Part shown: positions 20,428 through 30,854 of the stretch, one piece after another | Layout: every line of letters begins with the position of its first letter | Position numbering within the stretch: the first letter of the stretch is position 1 | NCBI GenBank assembly: GCA_964230025.1 | Contig: CAXRFO010000012.1 | Location: forward strand, 516,136 to 580,135 | Source of the DNA: Flavobacteriales bacterium | Lineage (GTDB): Bacteria; Bacteroidota; Bacteroidia; Flavobacteriales_D; JAUILH01 | DNA: 64,000 nucleotides | Direction of reading: 5' to 3' | Notes under the pieces: model-generated | Databases searched by the model: none | Told to the model about the DNA's origin: nothing | What the model saw: only the letters and a program-made list of their open reading frames with translations | Translations under genes and position numbers: made by a program

Positions 20428-21318
20428 TTATCGGTATAAATGGGCTAAAGCCTTATCTAGATTGGCATAATTAAAGGTGAAACCGGCATTTTTGATCTTA
20501 CTGTTATCCGCATAACAGCCCTTTGTTATTAAGCTTCCCATTTCACCAAAAAACAAACCTAACAACCAAGAAGGAACCCTTGGCATGAAGAATTTTTTTC
20601 CCATTTGTTTTGCTAATTCTCTCATAAAATCAGCATTGTTAGTGTTATTTGCATTTGCATTGAATATACCTTCTTGCCGGCTTGTTCCCATCCAGTTAAA
20701 AGCCCTAATCAAGTCATCTATGTGCACCCATGGCAAGGCCTGTTTCCCTGACCCGACTGGACTAGAAAGATTTGTTCTAGTAATTTTTTCTAGCGGCTTA
20801 AGCATGCCCTCTGATTTCATCATTACAGCAGGAATTCTCAAGATTCCAACCTTGCAAAGGTTATTAAACTCCAAAGCTGCCGCTTCCCACTTTTCAACTA
20901 ATTCAGCAATGAAGGTTTCTCCGTGTTCACCATCTTCCGTGTAATATTTCTTTGAATTTTTTGATAAAGGGTAAACATTGATTCCGCTTGCAGAAATTAA
21001 AAGCTCTAATTTATTTTCTTTCCTCAGTAATTCTTTTTTTAATAGCTGCAATCCGGCCACTCGACTATCCAAAAGAACTTTCTTTCTACTTTCTGTCCAT
21101 CTTTTATCTGCTATTCCAGCTCCTGCCAAGTGTATGATGGTGTCAGCCTCAAACAATGGGGGACAATCCAACTCTCCGGTTTTTAAATTCCAATAAAACT
21201 CATCGTCGGTTTTCGGATTTCTCGTCAGAACGAAAACCTTTACACCTGTCTTTTCAAGGTGATGTTTCAATTTAGAACCTAAACTTCCTGTTCCACCTGT
21301 TAGAATTACTTTTTTCAT
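20428..21318 (-). CDS. TIGR01777/YfcH-like NAD-dependent epimerase/dehydratase family protein
   Basis: MKKVILTGGTGSLGSKL Rossmann motif. About 297 aa. Start trimmed from the TTG-initiated ORF-track call to the ATG at 21318. Confidence 0.75.
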   Translation of the reverse strand: MKKVILTGGTGSLGSKLKHHLEKTGVKVFVLTRNPKTDDEFYWNLKTGELDCPPLFEADTIIHLAGAGIADKRWTESRKKVLLDSRVAGLQLLKKELLRKENKLELLISASGINVYPLSKNSKKYYTEDGEHGETFIAELVEKWEAAALEFNNLCKVGILRIPAVMMKSEGMLKPLEKITRTNLSSPVGSGKQALPWVHIDDLIRAFNWMGTSRQEGIFNANANNTNNADFMRELAKQMGKKFFMPRVPSWLLGLFFGEMGSLITKGCYADNSKIKNAGFTFNYANLDKALAHLYR

Positions 21319-21348
21319 ATCTTTCCCTACTAACAAAAGTAGGCATAA

Positions 21349-21681
21349 ATGGTTCCAGATAAATTGTCTCAAGAAATAGAACAAATTTCTGATAAACGGC
21401 TCGGGGAAATAATAACCCAACTTAACAAAGACATGTCCCTGGCCGGCTTCCAGCTTGAATCGGATCATGAAAATATCGAAAGCCTTTTTGAAAATCACTC
21501 TCTTATTTTGGATCAACTAATGTCAGGGAAGGGTAATGTTTCCGCGTACTTTTACCGCTTAGACCTTAACGAAAATCACATACAAGAATCTTTAAAATCC
21601 AGCGACCCAATTCACTCACTTAGCATGCTTTGTATTTCTAGGGCATATATGAAAATTAAGTTGCGCGAAGAATTCTCTTAA
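21349..21681 (+). CDS. Hypothetical small protein (110 aa)
   Basis: Uninterrupted ORF with protein-like composition. No recognisable motifs. Start uncertain. Confidence 0.35.
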   Translation: MVPDKLSQEIEQISDKRLGEIITQLNKDMSLAGFQLESDHENIESLFENHSLILDQLMSGKGNVSAYFYRLDLNENHIQESLKSSDPIHSLSMLCISRAYMKIKLREEFS

Positions 21682-21705
21682 TAAGCCTATGAAATAAGGG
21701 GCTTT

Positions 21706-21739
21706 TGGCTATTATCATATCTATATTTTTTTACCTTTG
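21706..21739 (+). promoter_or_regulatory. Candidate Bacteroidota sigma-A promoter for sucAB
   Basis: TTTG at about 21706 and TACCTTTG (TAnnTTTG -7 motif) at 21732-21739, with 22-nt spacing. Lies 24 nt upstream of the sucA ATG. Confidence 0.35.
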
Positions 21740-21762
21740 TGTTTAACTCGAGAGTTAATTTT

Positions 21763-24492
21763 ATGGATAAATTTTCCTACATGAGCAATGCTCATAGCGC
21801 AGCCATTGAGGATTTATACGAGCAGTATAGAAAGGATCCTGAATCGGTAGAATTTGGATGGAGAAAGTTTTTTGAGGGTTTTGAATTTCAAAAAGCAGAT
21901 TACTCAGAAGGCGGAGAAGTCTCTGAGAATATGCACAAAGAATTTAAAGTTCTTAACCTCATTAATGGATATCGAACCAGAGGTCACCTTTTTACAAAAA
22001 CCAACCCAGTAAGAGAAAGACGAAAGTATAGCCCAACTTTGGATATTGAAAATTTTGGCCTTTCCGAAAAAGATTTGGAAGATACTTTTCAAGCGGGTGA
22101 AGAGGTTGGATTAGGACCATCGAAATTGAAAGACATCATTCAGCACTTAGAAGATATTTATTGTCAGTCTATTGGTGTTGAATTTATTTACATGCGAGAG
22201 CCTGTTAAGCTTGATTGGATGAAATCCAAGATAGAGTTAAAGAACCGACCTACACTTTCAAGTGATCAAAAGAAACATGTCCTTCACAAGTTAAATCAAG
22301 CGACTGTTTTTGAGCAATTCTTACAGAAAAAATTCGTTGGCCAAAAGCGCTTTAGCATTGAAGGGGGGGAAGCGATAATTCCAGCCTTAGATCAATTGAT
22401 GGAGCTTGGATCTACACTTGGTGTTAAAGAATTTGTAGTAGGAATGGCGCATAGAGGACGTCTAAATGTACTCGCAAATATTTTTAACAAAACTTATTCA
22501 GCTATTTTTTCTGAATTTGAAGGAAAAGAATATGAAGACAGTCTGTTTGATGGTGACGTAAAATATCACTTGGGATACAATTGTGATGTAGTTGCGGATA
22601 GTGGTAAAAAAATAAAAATGACCCTGTCACCAAATCCTTCCCATTTGGAAACAGTAGACCCAATTGTTGAAGGTATATCTAGGGCAAAAATTGACCATAA
22701 ATTAGAAGGAGAACATGAAATTGTCCCCATCTTGATTCATGGTGACGCGGCTGTTGCTGGACAAGGAGTGGTTTATGAAGTGGTTCAAATGGCGGGGCTA
22801 GATGGATATCGAACAGGAGGAACGGTCCATTTCGTCATAAACAACCAAGTAGGATTTACAACGAACTATTTGGATGCAAGAACGAGTACCTATTGTACGG
22901 ATGTTGCAAAAACAACATTATGTCCGGTATTCCATGTAAACGGTGATGACATAGAAGCTGTGGTGCAAGCATCAACAATTGCACTTGAATACCGCCAAAA
23001 GTTTAACCAGGATGTTTTCATTGACTTGTTGTGTTATCGTAAGTATGGACATAACGAAGGAGATGAACCGAAATTTACACAACCAAAACTGTACAAGGCA
23101 ATTTCAAAACACCCAACACCAAGAGAGATTTATCTTAAAAAACTTATTGAAGAAGGTGTTGTAAGTGCGGATGAAGGCAAACAAATGAAGAAGAAGTTTG
23201 ATGACATGCTTCAGGACCGTTTGACTGAATCGAAAGAAATTGAAAAGGCATCTATTACAAACTTCCTTGAAGAGGACTGGAAAGGGATTGAACGAGCTCG
23301 ACCAGGTGATTTCGAAAAGAAGTATGATACCAAGTTTGATGCAAAGAAATTAAAGGAGCTGGGCAAGAAAATGAGCACGCTTCCTAAAGATAAAACTTTC
23401 TTCAGAAAGGTTGTTAAGCTAATGAACGACCGTATCAAAATGTTGGAAGAAGATAGTCTTGACTGGGGTATGGGCGAAATGTTGGCCTACGCATCATTAT
23501 TGGACGAAGGTCATCCAGTAAGAATCTCTGGACAAGACGTGGAAAGAGGGACTTTCTCTCATCGTCATGCCGTTGTTAAAACAGAGGACACAGAAGAGGA
23601 AGTTATCTTGTTAAATCACTTAAATAAGAAGCAGGCTAAACTTCAAATCTATAACTCCTTGCTTTCAGAATATGGCGTTCTAGGCTTTGACTATGGATAT
23701 GCTTTTGCTACACCAAATGGTCTAACCATTTGGGAGGCCCAGTTTGGAGACTTTAACAACGGAGCTCAAATTGTGATAGATCAATACCTGAGTTCTGCCG
23801 AAGAAAAATGGAATACTCAAAATGGAATGGTTCTGCTATTGCCTCACGGTTATGAAGGAATGGGACCAGAACATTCAAGCGGTAGAATGGAAAGATATCT
23901 GCAATTGTGCGCGGAGGATAATATGATTATTGCTAATCCTACAACTCCTGCTAATTATTTCCATCTATTACGAAGACAGTTGAAATTCCCATTTAGGAAG
24001 CCACTAGTTGTTTTCACACCGAAAAAACTACTCAGATACCCTGCTTGTGTTTCTAAATTAGATGAGATGGCTAATGGACAATTCCAGGAGCTAATAGGAG
24101 ACCCAAGAGAACGGGCTAAAGATTCCATCGAAACATTAGTATTCTGCACGGGTAAAGTTTATTACGACTACTTAGAGTATGTTGAAAAAAATGGAGGCGG
24201 TGAAAGCATTGCTTTGGCACGTTTAGAACAAATATTCCCATTACCAGAAAAACAAATCAGGGATTTAATTGCTTCATATCCAAACCTACAAAATGTAGTA
24301 TGGATGCAGGAAGAACCTGAAAACATGGGGGCATGGACCTTTATTCTTCGATCATTGAGAGATATTGATTGGAAAATTATGGGCCTTCAGGCTAGTGGAT
24401 CACCATCTGCTGGGTCAAGCAAAGTGTTTGAAATAAGACACCAAAATATATTTGAAAGATTACATGAACTTAGCGCAGTTCCTGCGAAATAA
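21763..24492 (+). CDS. sucA: 2-oxoglutarate dehydrogenase E1 component
   Basis: N-terminus (SNAHSAAIEDLYEQYRKDPESVEFGWRKFF) and overall length match SucA. Start trimmed to MDKFSY. Confidence 0.9.
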   Translation: MDKFSYMSNAHSAAIEDLYEQYRKDPESVEFGWRKFFEGFEFQKADYSEGGEVSENMHKEFKVLNLINGYRTRGHLFTKTNPVRERRKYSPTLDIENFGLSEKDLEDTFQAGEEVGLGPSKLKDIIQHLEDIYCQSIGVEFIYMREPVKLDWMKSKIELKNRPTLSSDQKKHVLHKLNQATVFEQFLQKKFVGQKRFSIEGGEAIIPALDQLMELGSTLGVKEFVVGMAHRGRLNVLANIFNKTYSAIFSEFEGKEYEDSLFDGDVKYHLGYNCDVVADSGKKIKMTLSPNPSHLETVDPIVEGISRAKIDHKLEGEHEIVPILIHGDAAVAGQGVVYEVVQMAGLDGYRTGGTVHFVINNQVGFTTNYLDARTSTYCTDVAKTTLCPVFHVNGDDIEAVVQASTIALEYRQKFNQDVFIDLLCYRKYGHNEGDEPKFTQPKLYKAISKHPTPREIYLKKLIEEGVVSADEGKQMKKKFDDMLQDRLTESKEIEKASITNFLEEDWKGIERARPGDFEKKYDTKFDAKKLKELGKKMSTLPKDKTFFRKVVKLMNDRIKMLEEDSLDWGMGEMLAYASLLDEGHPVRISGQDVERGTFSHRHAVVKTEDTEEEVILLNHLNKKQAKLQIYNSLLSEYGVLGFDYGYAFATPNGLTIWEAQFGDFNNGAQIVIDQYLSSAEEKWNTQNGMVLLLPHGYEGMGPEHSSGRMERYLQLCAEDNMIIANPTTPANYFHLLRRQLKFPFRKPLVVFTPKKLLRYPACVSKLDEMANGQFQELIGDPRERAKDSIETLVFCTGKVYYDYLEYVEKNGGGESIALARLEQIFPLPEKQIRDLIASYPNLQNVVWMQEEPENMGAWTFILRSLRDIDWKIMGLQASGSPSAGSSKVFEIRHQNIFERLHELSAVPAK

Positions 24493-24502
24493 ATAAGATA
24501 AG

Positions 24503-25750
24503 ATGTTAGAAATGAAAGTGCCCTCTCCGGGCGAATCCATATCAGAAGTTGAAATCGCCGAATGGTTGGTAGAAGATGGTGATTGGGTAGAAAAAGATCA
24601 AGCCATTGCGGAAGTTGATTCGGACAAGGCTACGTTGGAATTACCTGCCGAAGAAGCGGGTATAATTACTTTAAAAGCAGAACCAGGAGACGTAGTTGCT
24701 GTTGGGGAGGTAGTTTGCTTGATTGACACAGATGCCGAAAGGCCAGCAAACGCTGCTCCGAAAGAAGAGAAAGAAGAGGCAGTAGCCGAAACCAAAGAAG
24801 AGAAAGCAGAAGCTCCTAAACCAAATCCAGATCCGGTAAAATCTGATTCTTATGCTAGTGGACATCCTTCAGTAGCTGCTCAAAAAATAATGAGTGAAAA
24901 TGGAATCAAGGAAGCTCAGATTAACGGTTCTGGCAAGGATGGTAGAATTACCAAGCAAGATGTGTTGGCTGCTATGGCAAATGGTTTCTCTACAGATGCT
25001 GCAGGTGGCTGGGGAGGCACGCGTGATACAAGCGAAAAGAGAATGTCTTCATTGAGAAGAAAGATTGCGAAACGTTTGGTAGCAGTAAAAAATGAAACGG
25101 CTATGCTTACAACCTTTAATGAGGTTGATATGAAACCAATCATGGATTTAAGAAAACAATACAAAGAGAAATTCAAAGAAACACACGGCACAAGCCTAGG
25201 TTTCATGTCTTTCTTTACAAAGGCAGTTACTGAAGCCTTGAATACCTTCCCTGCGGTAAACGCAATGATTGATGGTGATCAAATGATTTTCCATGACTAT
25301 GCGGATATTGGTATAGCTGTTTCCTCTCCAAAAGGGCTAATGGTACCTGTATTGAGAAATGCAGAACAAATGACCTTGGCGGAAATAGAAGCGGAGATCA
25401 AACGTTTGGCTATAAAAGCGCGAGATGGAAAAATAAGCTTAGAGGAGATGACAGGAGGAACATTTACCATCACCAATGGTGGTGTATTTGGCTCTATGCT
25501 TTCCACACCTATTATTAACCCACCGCAAAGCGCTATATTAGGAATGCACAATATTGTTGAACGTCCCGTAGCTATTAATGGGCAGGTTGAAATACGTCCA
25601 ATAATGTATTTGGCGCTTTCTTACGACCACAGAATAATTGATGGAAAAGAATCTGTTAGTTTCTTGAAGGCTGTTAAGGAGATGTTGGAAAATCCTGAGC
25701 GTTTAATATTTGGAGGCAAAAAATCTGAAGAAGTATTATTAGGACTTTAA
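24503..25750 (+). CDS. sucB: Dihydrolipoyllysine-residue succinyltransferase (E2 of 2-oxoglutarate dehydrogenase)
   Basis: Lipoyl domain ([13 protein letters not shown]), Ala/Pro/Glu-rich linker, E3-binding domain, and catalytic domain with DHRIIDG. Confidence 0.9.
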   Translation: MLEMKVPSPGESISEVEIAEWLVEDGDWVEKDQAIAEVDSDKATLELPAEEAGIITLKAEPGDVVAVGEVVCLIDTDAERPANAAPKEEKEEAVAETKEEKAEAPKPNPDPVKSDSYASGHPSVAAQKIMSENGIKEAQINGSGKDGRITKQDVLAAMANGFSTDAAGGWGGTRDTSEKRMSSLRRKIAKRLVAVKNETAMLTTFNEVDMKPIMDLRKQYKEKFKETHGTSLGFMSFFTKAVTEALNTFPAVNAMIDGDQMIFHDYADIGIAVSSPKGLMVPVLRNAEQMTLAEIEAEIKRLAIKARDGKISLEEMTGGTFTITNGGVFGSMLSTPIINPPQSAILGMHNIVERPVAINGQVEIRPIMYLALSYDHRIIDGKESVSFLKAVKEMLENPERLIFGGKKSEEVLLGL

Positions 25751-25774
25751 AACGAAAAACTTATCATTTAAAAG

Positions 25775-25801
25775 CTCATTCACTAGAATGGGCTTTTTTT
25801 G
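25775..25801 (+). terminator. Rho-independent terminator of sucAB
   Basis: GCTCATTC-ACTA-GAATGGGC hairpin (8 bp with one G-U pair) followed by TTTTTTT. Confidence 0.6.
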
Positions 25802-25805
25802 TCGG

Positions 25806-26309
25806 CTATTTTCTCTTGAAAACCGGAACCGTACTACACGGCTCCCCGAACATTAGGCTTTTGGCAACAGTTTGGAGTTTTTGTACCAAACTCGTGTATA
25901 CTCTTTCGTCCAACTGAATATTGGCACAGCCTTTTACAATGATTTTCCCATCAACATAGGGAGCAATATCCATCTGCTGAATAAAATCAAGCGCAATTTC
26001 AGAATGAATTTTATTATCTGAACAACAGAAAACACGATAGGCAATTCCTGACAAACGAGCACTAACCAACATATAAGCCCAAGTGGGTATAACGGCATCT
26101 ACCGAACAATAAACTCTTACTATTTTATCTTGATAGTTTTCATTGTTTAGTTCAGAAATGGCTTTTCTGAAGTCCTTCTCTTTTAATACTAGCTCTTGCC
26201 AAAGAAAGTCCTTAAGATCGAAATGAACGATAGCATTTTTTGGAAGCAACCTTTCCAAGTCCATTTGAATTAGTCCGCTTTGAGCAACTTTATTTACTAT
26301 CTCTCCCAT
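25806..26309 (-). CDS. DUF2480-like protein, last gene of the SufE–DUF59 operon
   Basis: 167 aa. I recall this arrangement downstream of SufE and DUF59 in Flavobacteriia. Not a database result. Confidence 0.45.
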   Translation of the reverse strand: MGEIVNKVAQSGLIQMDLERLLPKNAIVHFDLKDFLWQELVLKEKDFRKAISELNNENYQDKIVRVYCSVDAVIPTWAYMLVSARLSGIAYRVFCCSDNKIHSEIALDFIQQMDIAPYVDGKIIVKGCANIQLDERVYTSLVQKLQTVAKSLMFGEPCSTVPVFKRK

Positions 26310-26312
26310 TAT

Positions 26313-26642
26313 TTATAAAAACCCAAGTTCAAGTTGTGCTTCTTCACTCATCATATCCTTATCCCAAGGTGGATCAAAAGTAAGTTCCAAATCAACCTCT
26401 TCAACTCCCTCAACAGAGGCTACCTTATCCTTAACCTCTTGCGGCATAGATTCTGCCACAGGGCAATTTGGAGAAGTAAGCGTCATGATAATTTTTACTT
26501 TATTATCGGCATCTATGCGAACTTCATATATCAAACCAAGCTCAAACACATCCACAGGGATTTCCGGATCATATATAGTTTTTAAAACCTTAATGATGGT
26601 TTCTTCAAGTTCTTTTTTATTTCCAGTGCTTATTGCGCTCAT
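26313..26642 (-). CDS. DUF59/MIP18-family Fe-S cluster assembly protein (SufT-like)
   Basis: YDPEIPVDVFELGLIYEV...LTSPNCPVAE motif. 109 aa. Confidence 0.7.
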   Translation of the reverse strand: MSAISTGNKKELEETIIKVLKTIYDPEIPVDVFELGLIYEVRIDADNKVKIIMTLTSPNCPVAESMPQEVKDKVASVEGVEEVDLELTFDPPWDKDMMSEEAQLELGFL

Positions 26643-27064
26643 GCTTGTTGTGTTTTACTTGCTGCCAAGGCATACAATTTAATTTGTTTAACCATACTCA
26701 ATAGGCCATTGGAACGAGTAGGACTAAGGTGGTCTTGTAGGCCTATTTCTTTAATGAAATTAAGCTCTGTATTTACAATGTCTTCTGCTTTTTCGTTGTT
26801 GAGCACACGCACCAAAAGGGAAATTATTCCTTTGGTAATAATGGCATCAGAATCTGCTGTAAAGCTTAATTTATCGCCACTGGCATCACAATGCAACCAA
26901 ACCTGCGACTGACATCCTTTTATCTTGTACTCATCTGTTTTATACTTTTCATCAACCAAAGGAAGGTCTTTCCCTAGATCAATGATGTACTCGTATTTTT
27001 CCATCCAGTCGGAAAACATGGAGAATTCCTCGATAAGTTCCTGTTCTTTTACTGCAATACTCAC
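26639..27064 (-). CDS. sufE: SufE family cysteine desulfuration protein
   Basis: KIKGCQSQVWL active-site Cys motif. 141 aa. Confidence 0.8.
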   Translation of the reverse strand: MSIAVKEQELIEEFSMFSDWMEKYEYIIDLGKDLPLVDEKYKTDEYKIKGCQSQVWLHCDASGDKLSFTADSDAIITKGIISLLVRVLNNEKAEDIVNTELNFIKEIGLQDHLSPTRSNGLLSMVKQIKLYALAASKTQQA

Positions 27065-27163
27065 GCTGCAAAGGTAGGAAGAAATGGCTTATTTAGAATG
27101 GATATAGGTAAAGTTTAAAAGCTATGTAATTTTGAACTACATTCGCCGATTATTTTTTACTGA

Positions 27164-27805
27164 TTGAACAATTACCATACGGAGGAGCAATGGTTGTCCT
27201 GGATGGATGAACTCTCCTCAAATGATTTTCTCGTAATTGATGGCTTTTGTACGGATGAGCTCTATCAAACCATTAGAGAAATATTCATGCAAAGCTTGCC
27301 CCTATTTCAAAAAGCTGGAATTGGAGCTCTGGGAGAAAACACCATACATACAGAAATACGCGGTGATCATACCTATTGGTTAGACCGTGTACGTGACGAA
27401 CACTTGATTCCTTTTTGGGCCTTGGTGGACGAAACCATGATGATTTTTAACCGCTATTGCTTTTTAGGTTTATCTGGTTATGAATTCCACTTTGCGAATT
27501 ATCCTCCCGGTACGCACTATGCAAAACATGTTGACCAATTTAAAAACAGAAATAACCGCTTAATTTCTTTTATTATTTACCTCAACGAAGGCTGGGTAAA
27601 AGGGGATGGCGGTGAACTAGAAATATTTAGGAAGGATACATCTTCGGTTATTGTAGAGCCTCTTGGAGGTCGTTGTGTAATGTTTAAAAGTGCCGTGATT
27701 CCCCACAGAGTACTTCAATCTAAAAAAAACAGATATAGCCTAACCGGGTGGTTATTAAACGATCCTTCTCACTTAGGAAAATTCATAGCTCCTAGGGACC
27801 TTTAA
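27164..27805 (+). CDS. 2OG-Fe(II) oxygenase superfamily protein (prolyl-hydroxylase-like)
   Basis: H-x-D (AKHVDQF) ... H (IPHRV) ... RxS (RYSLTGW) arrangement. 213 aa. Confidence 0.65.
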   Translation: MNNYHTEEQWLSWMDELSSNDFLVIDGFCTDELYQTIREIFMQSLPLFQKAGIGALGENTIHTEIRGDHTYWLDRVRDEHLIPFWALVDETMMIFNRYCFLGLSGYEFHFANYPPGTHYAKHVDQFKNRNNRLISFIIYLNEGWVKGDGGELEIFRKDTSSVIVEPLGGRCVMFKSAVIPHRVLQSKKNRYSLTGWLLNDPSHLGKFIAPRDL

Positions 27806-27980
27806 AATTCATGCTAACTATTCCCTATTCAGAAGAGGTATGAAAGATCTTATCGTTGTAATGACGACATGTTTAGGTGTGTTTTATCGATAAAAACACT
27901 CGTTTATCTAAATATAACCCCCTGCAGTCATAAAAGTGCTAAATTTAGTTTGTTATGCTCAAGAAGTTTAAATTACCATT

Positions 27981-30008
27981 ATGAAAAACAAATTACCCAT
28001 CCCATTAAATGAAGAAGAAAGGCTAAAAAGGCTTCATTATTATGATATTTTGGACTCATTTCCAGAAAATGCTTTTGATGATTTAACCGAACTTGCTGCT
28101 AACATTCTTGATGTCCCCATTGTTCTTGTGAGTTTAATTGACAAGGACCGGCAATGGTTTAAATCAAAGTATGGCCTTGATGCGGATCAAACACCAAGGG
28201 ACATCTCCTTTTGCCAGTTTGCCATAATGGGAAATGAGATTTTTGAGGTAGAAGACGCAGCCAAAGATGAGCGATTTAAGGACAACCCTTTGGTAACAGG
28301 CGATCCAAAAATACGCTTCTACGCAGGGTCTGTTTTGGAAGATGATGACGGAATAAACATTGGAACTTTGTGTGCTATAGACAGAAAGCCGAGAGAATTA
28401 AACGAAGAAGAAAAGGAGTCCTTGGACGCTATTGGTCGGACAGTGATGCGAATGATAAAATTGCGAAAAGAAAAGAAACAAGTTGAAGTATTATCAAAAG
28501 CGAAAGATGACTTTCTGGCCAACATGTCTCATGAAATAAGAACACCAATGAACGCAATCATTGGCTTTAATGAATTATTAAGTAACTCTGAGCTTAACAA
28601 TGAGCAAAGAAAAAATGTAGATATCATTGGAAATGCATCAAGAAACTTAATGAATATTCTCAACAATGTATTGGACTTTTCCAAGATTGAAAGCGGCGCA
28701 ATAGAGCTTAATCTAACAACCATTAATCTTGAAGAAACTCTGAAACAAATAACAAACCTTCATAGGGTTTCTGCCAAATCAAAAAACCTGAAGCTTAAGT
28801 TCAGTTATGATTTTGATATTCCGGAGTATGTTATAGGCGATACCACTCGTTTGAGTCAAATATTTGGAAACCTTTTATCAAATGCAATTAAATTCACTGA
28901 AAAAGGATCAATTTCATTTGATGCGGAAGCTTTATCTATTTCCGAAGACGTAGTACTTGTAAAATTTGAAATTAAAGACACCGGGATAGGTATTGCTCAA
29001 GACAAGCTGGATAAGATTTTTGAAAGGTTTAATCAAGCAGAAGCTTCCACTACGAAATTATTTGGTGGTACAGGCTTAGGACTAAGCATTTCGAAAGAGC
29101 TTACAAATGTATTAGACGGAACGATTAAAGTAGTAAGTAAGCTGAATGAAGGAACCTGCTTTACCGTTACCTTACCTTTCAAAATTGCCGATAAAAAAGA
29201 AGTTTTGAACTATGAAAATTCGGTCCAAAATAGTGGTAAAAAAGGGGCCGTTTTAGAGGGACTAAACATTTTAATAGCAGAGGACAATGAACACAATCAA
29301 ATTCTGGCGTCAACCTTATTGAAAAAAAATGGGGCAAGTTATCGCATAGTAGAAAACGGACAAGAAACTGTTGATGCGCTTAAAGGGAATGACTTTGATT
29401 TATTACTGCTCGATTTACAGATGCCTGTAATGGATGGTATTGAGGCAACGGCAATTATACGAAATGAATTAAAAAGTGACATCCCAATAATTGCCTGTTC
29501 AGCGTTTTCTACGGGAAAAGAAAAAATGAAATGCCTTGACCTTAAGATGAATGATTACTTGGCAAAACCATATATGGAGTCTGATTTAGTAAATAGTATA
29601 TTAAATCAGGTAAATTCAAACAAAGGAGCTCTTGAAAAGACTGTCTTTGCAAGTAATTATGACCCTTCAGAAGCTGATGCCATAAACATTCTTGAAGGTG
29701 TTAAAGAAAAGTATGGAGCCGATTATCTTAAAAAGGTGCTTGAAATTGCCCAGGATAGGTTTCCTAATGATTTAGATAAAATAGATCAAGCTTTAAACGA
29801 GAGCGATCTTGAGACTATCCAGAAAGTCGCTCATTTACTAATAGGTTCCCTCTCTAGCATAGAGTTTTACAAGGGAACAGATATTGCTAGAGAGCTTGAG
29901 GCAAGTGCATTAAATAAAGATTTTGATAAGTGCTCTTCTCTTTTTGAGAAACTTAAGCCGTATGTGAATGAAATTTTATCGGCTTCTAAACAATTTTATA
30001 ATGAGTAA
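27981..30008 (+). CDS. Hybrid sensor histidine kinase: GAF–HisKA–HATPase–REC–HPt
   Basis: N-terminal GAF domain. H-box SHEIRTPMNAI. G-boxes (GGTGLGLSI). Receiver (LLLLDLQMPVMDG). C-terminal HPt (VAHLLIGSLSSIEF). Confidence 0.85.
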   Translation: MKNKLPIPLNEEERLKRLHYYDILDSFPENAFDDLTELAANILDVPIVLVSLIDKDRQWFKSKYGLDADQTPRDISFCQFAIMGNEIFEVEDAAKDERFKDNPLVTGDPKIRFYAGSVLEDDDGINIGTLCAIDRKPRELNEEEKESLDAIGRTVMRMIKLRKEKKQVEVLSKAKDDFLANMSHEIRTPMNAIIGFNELLSNSELNNEQRKNVDIIGNASRNLMNILNNVLDFSKIESGAIELNLTTINLEETLKQITNLHRVSAKSKNLKLKFSYDFDIPEYVIGDTTRLSQIFGNLLSNAIKFTEKGSISFDAEALSISEDVVLVKFEIKDTGIGIAQDKLDKIFERFNQAEASTTKLFGGTGLGLSISKELTNVLDGTIKVVSKLNEGTCFTVTLPFKIADKKEVLNYENSVQNSGKKGAVLEGLNILIAEDNEHNQILASTLLKKNGASYRIVENGQETVDALKGNDFDLLLLDLQMPVMDGIEATAIIRNELKSDIPIIACSAFSTGKEKMKCLDLKMNDYLAKPYMESDLVNSILNQVNSNKGALEKTVFASNYDPSEADAINILEGVKEKYGADYLKKVLEIAQDRFPNDLDKIDQALNESDLETIQKVAHLLIGSLSSIEFYKGTDIARELEASALNKDFDKCSSLFEKLKPYVNEILSASKQFYNE

Positions 30009-30795
30009 AAAGAAAGTTCTAATAATCGATGATGATAAAGCCTACCTTGAACACCTTGTTAGCTTGCTAAATAATTTCAATGCAGAAATTTACAGCTTTT
30101 CAAATGCAGAAAAAGCCGCAGGAAAGGCAAGGGAACACCAACCAGATTTAATATTATTAGACAACATTTTACCAAAACTAAATGGTATTGAGGTGGCCGA
30201 ATTGTTTAAAGAGCTCAGCCCAAAAAGCAAGATTTTACTTATGTCTTCATCTTTCAAACTTGAAGACGTTGCTATCGCCTATCAAAAAGGTTGCGATTAC
30301 ATACTAGAGAAAGAAGAGCTTAATCAAGAAACCTTTTTACAAATTTTTGAGGCTAATAAAAAGGCACAAGGTGAAGGTAGTCTGTTCAGAGAGTTGATGG
30401 ACAGATATTTTAAACCCAAAAAGGATCGGTTCAACATTGCAATTGTTGAGGACGATAATATGTTTTCGTTTAGAACAAGGTGGTTAATTGAAAATGAGCA
30501 GCTAAATCAAAACATTATTAACGAATACGAGGATAAACAAGCTTTTTTAATTTCTCTAATTACAAATGCTCCCGATATTGTTTTTTTAGATTATTACCTC
30601 AAGGAAGATGATTCCATGGAGATCATTAAACATTTAAAAAAAAATAATCCAAAAACTAAAATCATTGTGGTTAGTTCACAAAATGACCCCAGCATTGCTC
30701 TAGAAATCAAGAAAAATAACTGTTTTGGCTACGTCAGTAAATATAATGACTGGGAAGATTCAATGAAAATGTACATTGAAAAGCTAGAAATATAA
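30001..30795 (+). CDS. Response regulator with two receiver domains and no output domain
   Basis: REC1 (VLIIDDD...DLILLDNILP) and REC2 (IAIVEDD...DIVFLDYYL). Start overlaps the kinase stop (ATGAGTAA). Confidence 0.8.
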   Translation: MSKKKVLIIDDDKAYLEHLVSLLNNFNAEIYSFSNAEKAAGKAREHQPDLILLDNILPKLNGIEVAELFKELSPKSKILLMSSSFKLEDVAIAYQKGCDYILEKEELNQETFLQIFEANKKAQGEGSLFRELMDRYFKPKKDRFNIAIVEDDNMFSFRTRWLIENEQLNQNIINEYEDKQAFLISLITNAPDIVFLDYYLKEDDSMEIIKHLKKNNPKTKIIVVSSQNDPSIALEIKKNNCFGYVSKYNDWEDSMKMYIEKLEI

Positions 30796-30854
30796 TAGCG
30801 CCTTGTGCTTTCTACTCAAAACTTCAATTTGAATAGTTGGTTTTGATAACGATT

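Noticed and set aside
24740-24840. Repetitive GAAGAGAAAGAAGAGGCA-type DNA
   Set aside because: It is the Ala/Pro/Glu-rich flexible linker of the E2 (SucB) lipoyl protein.
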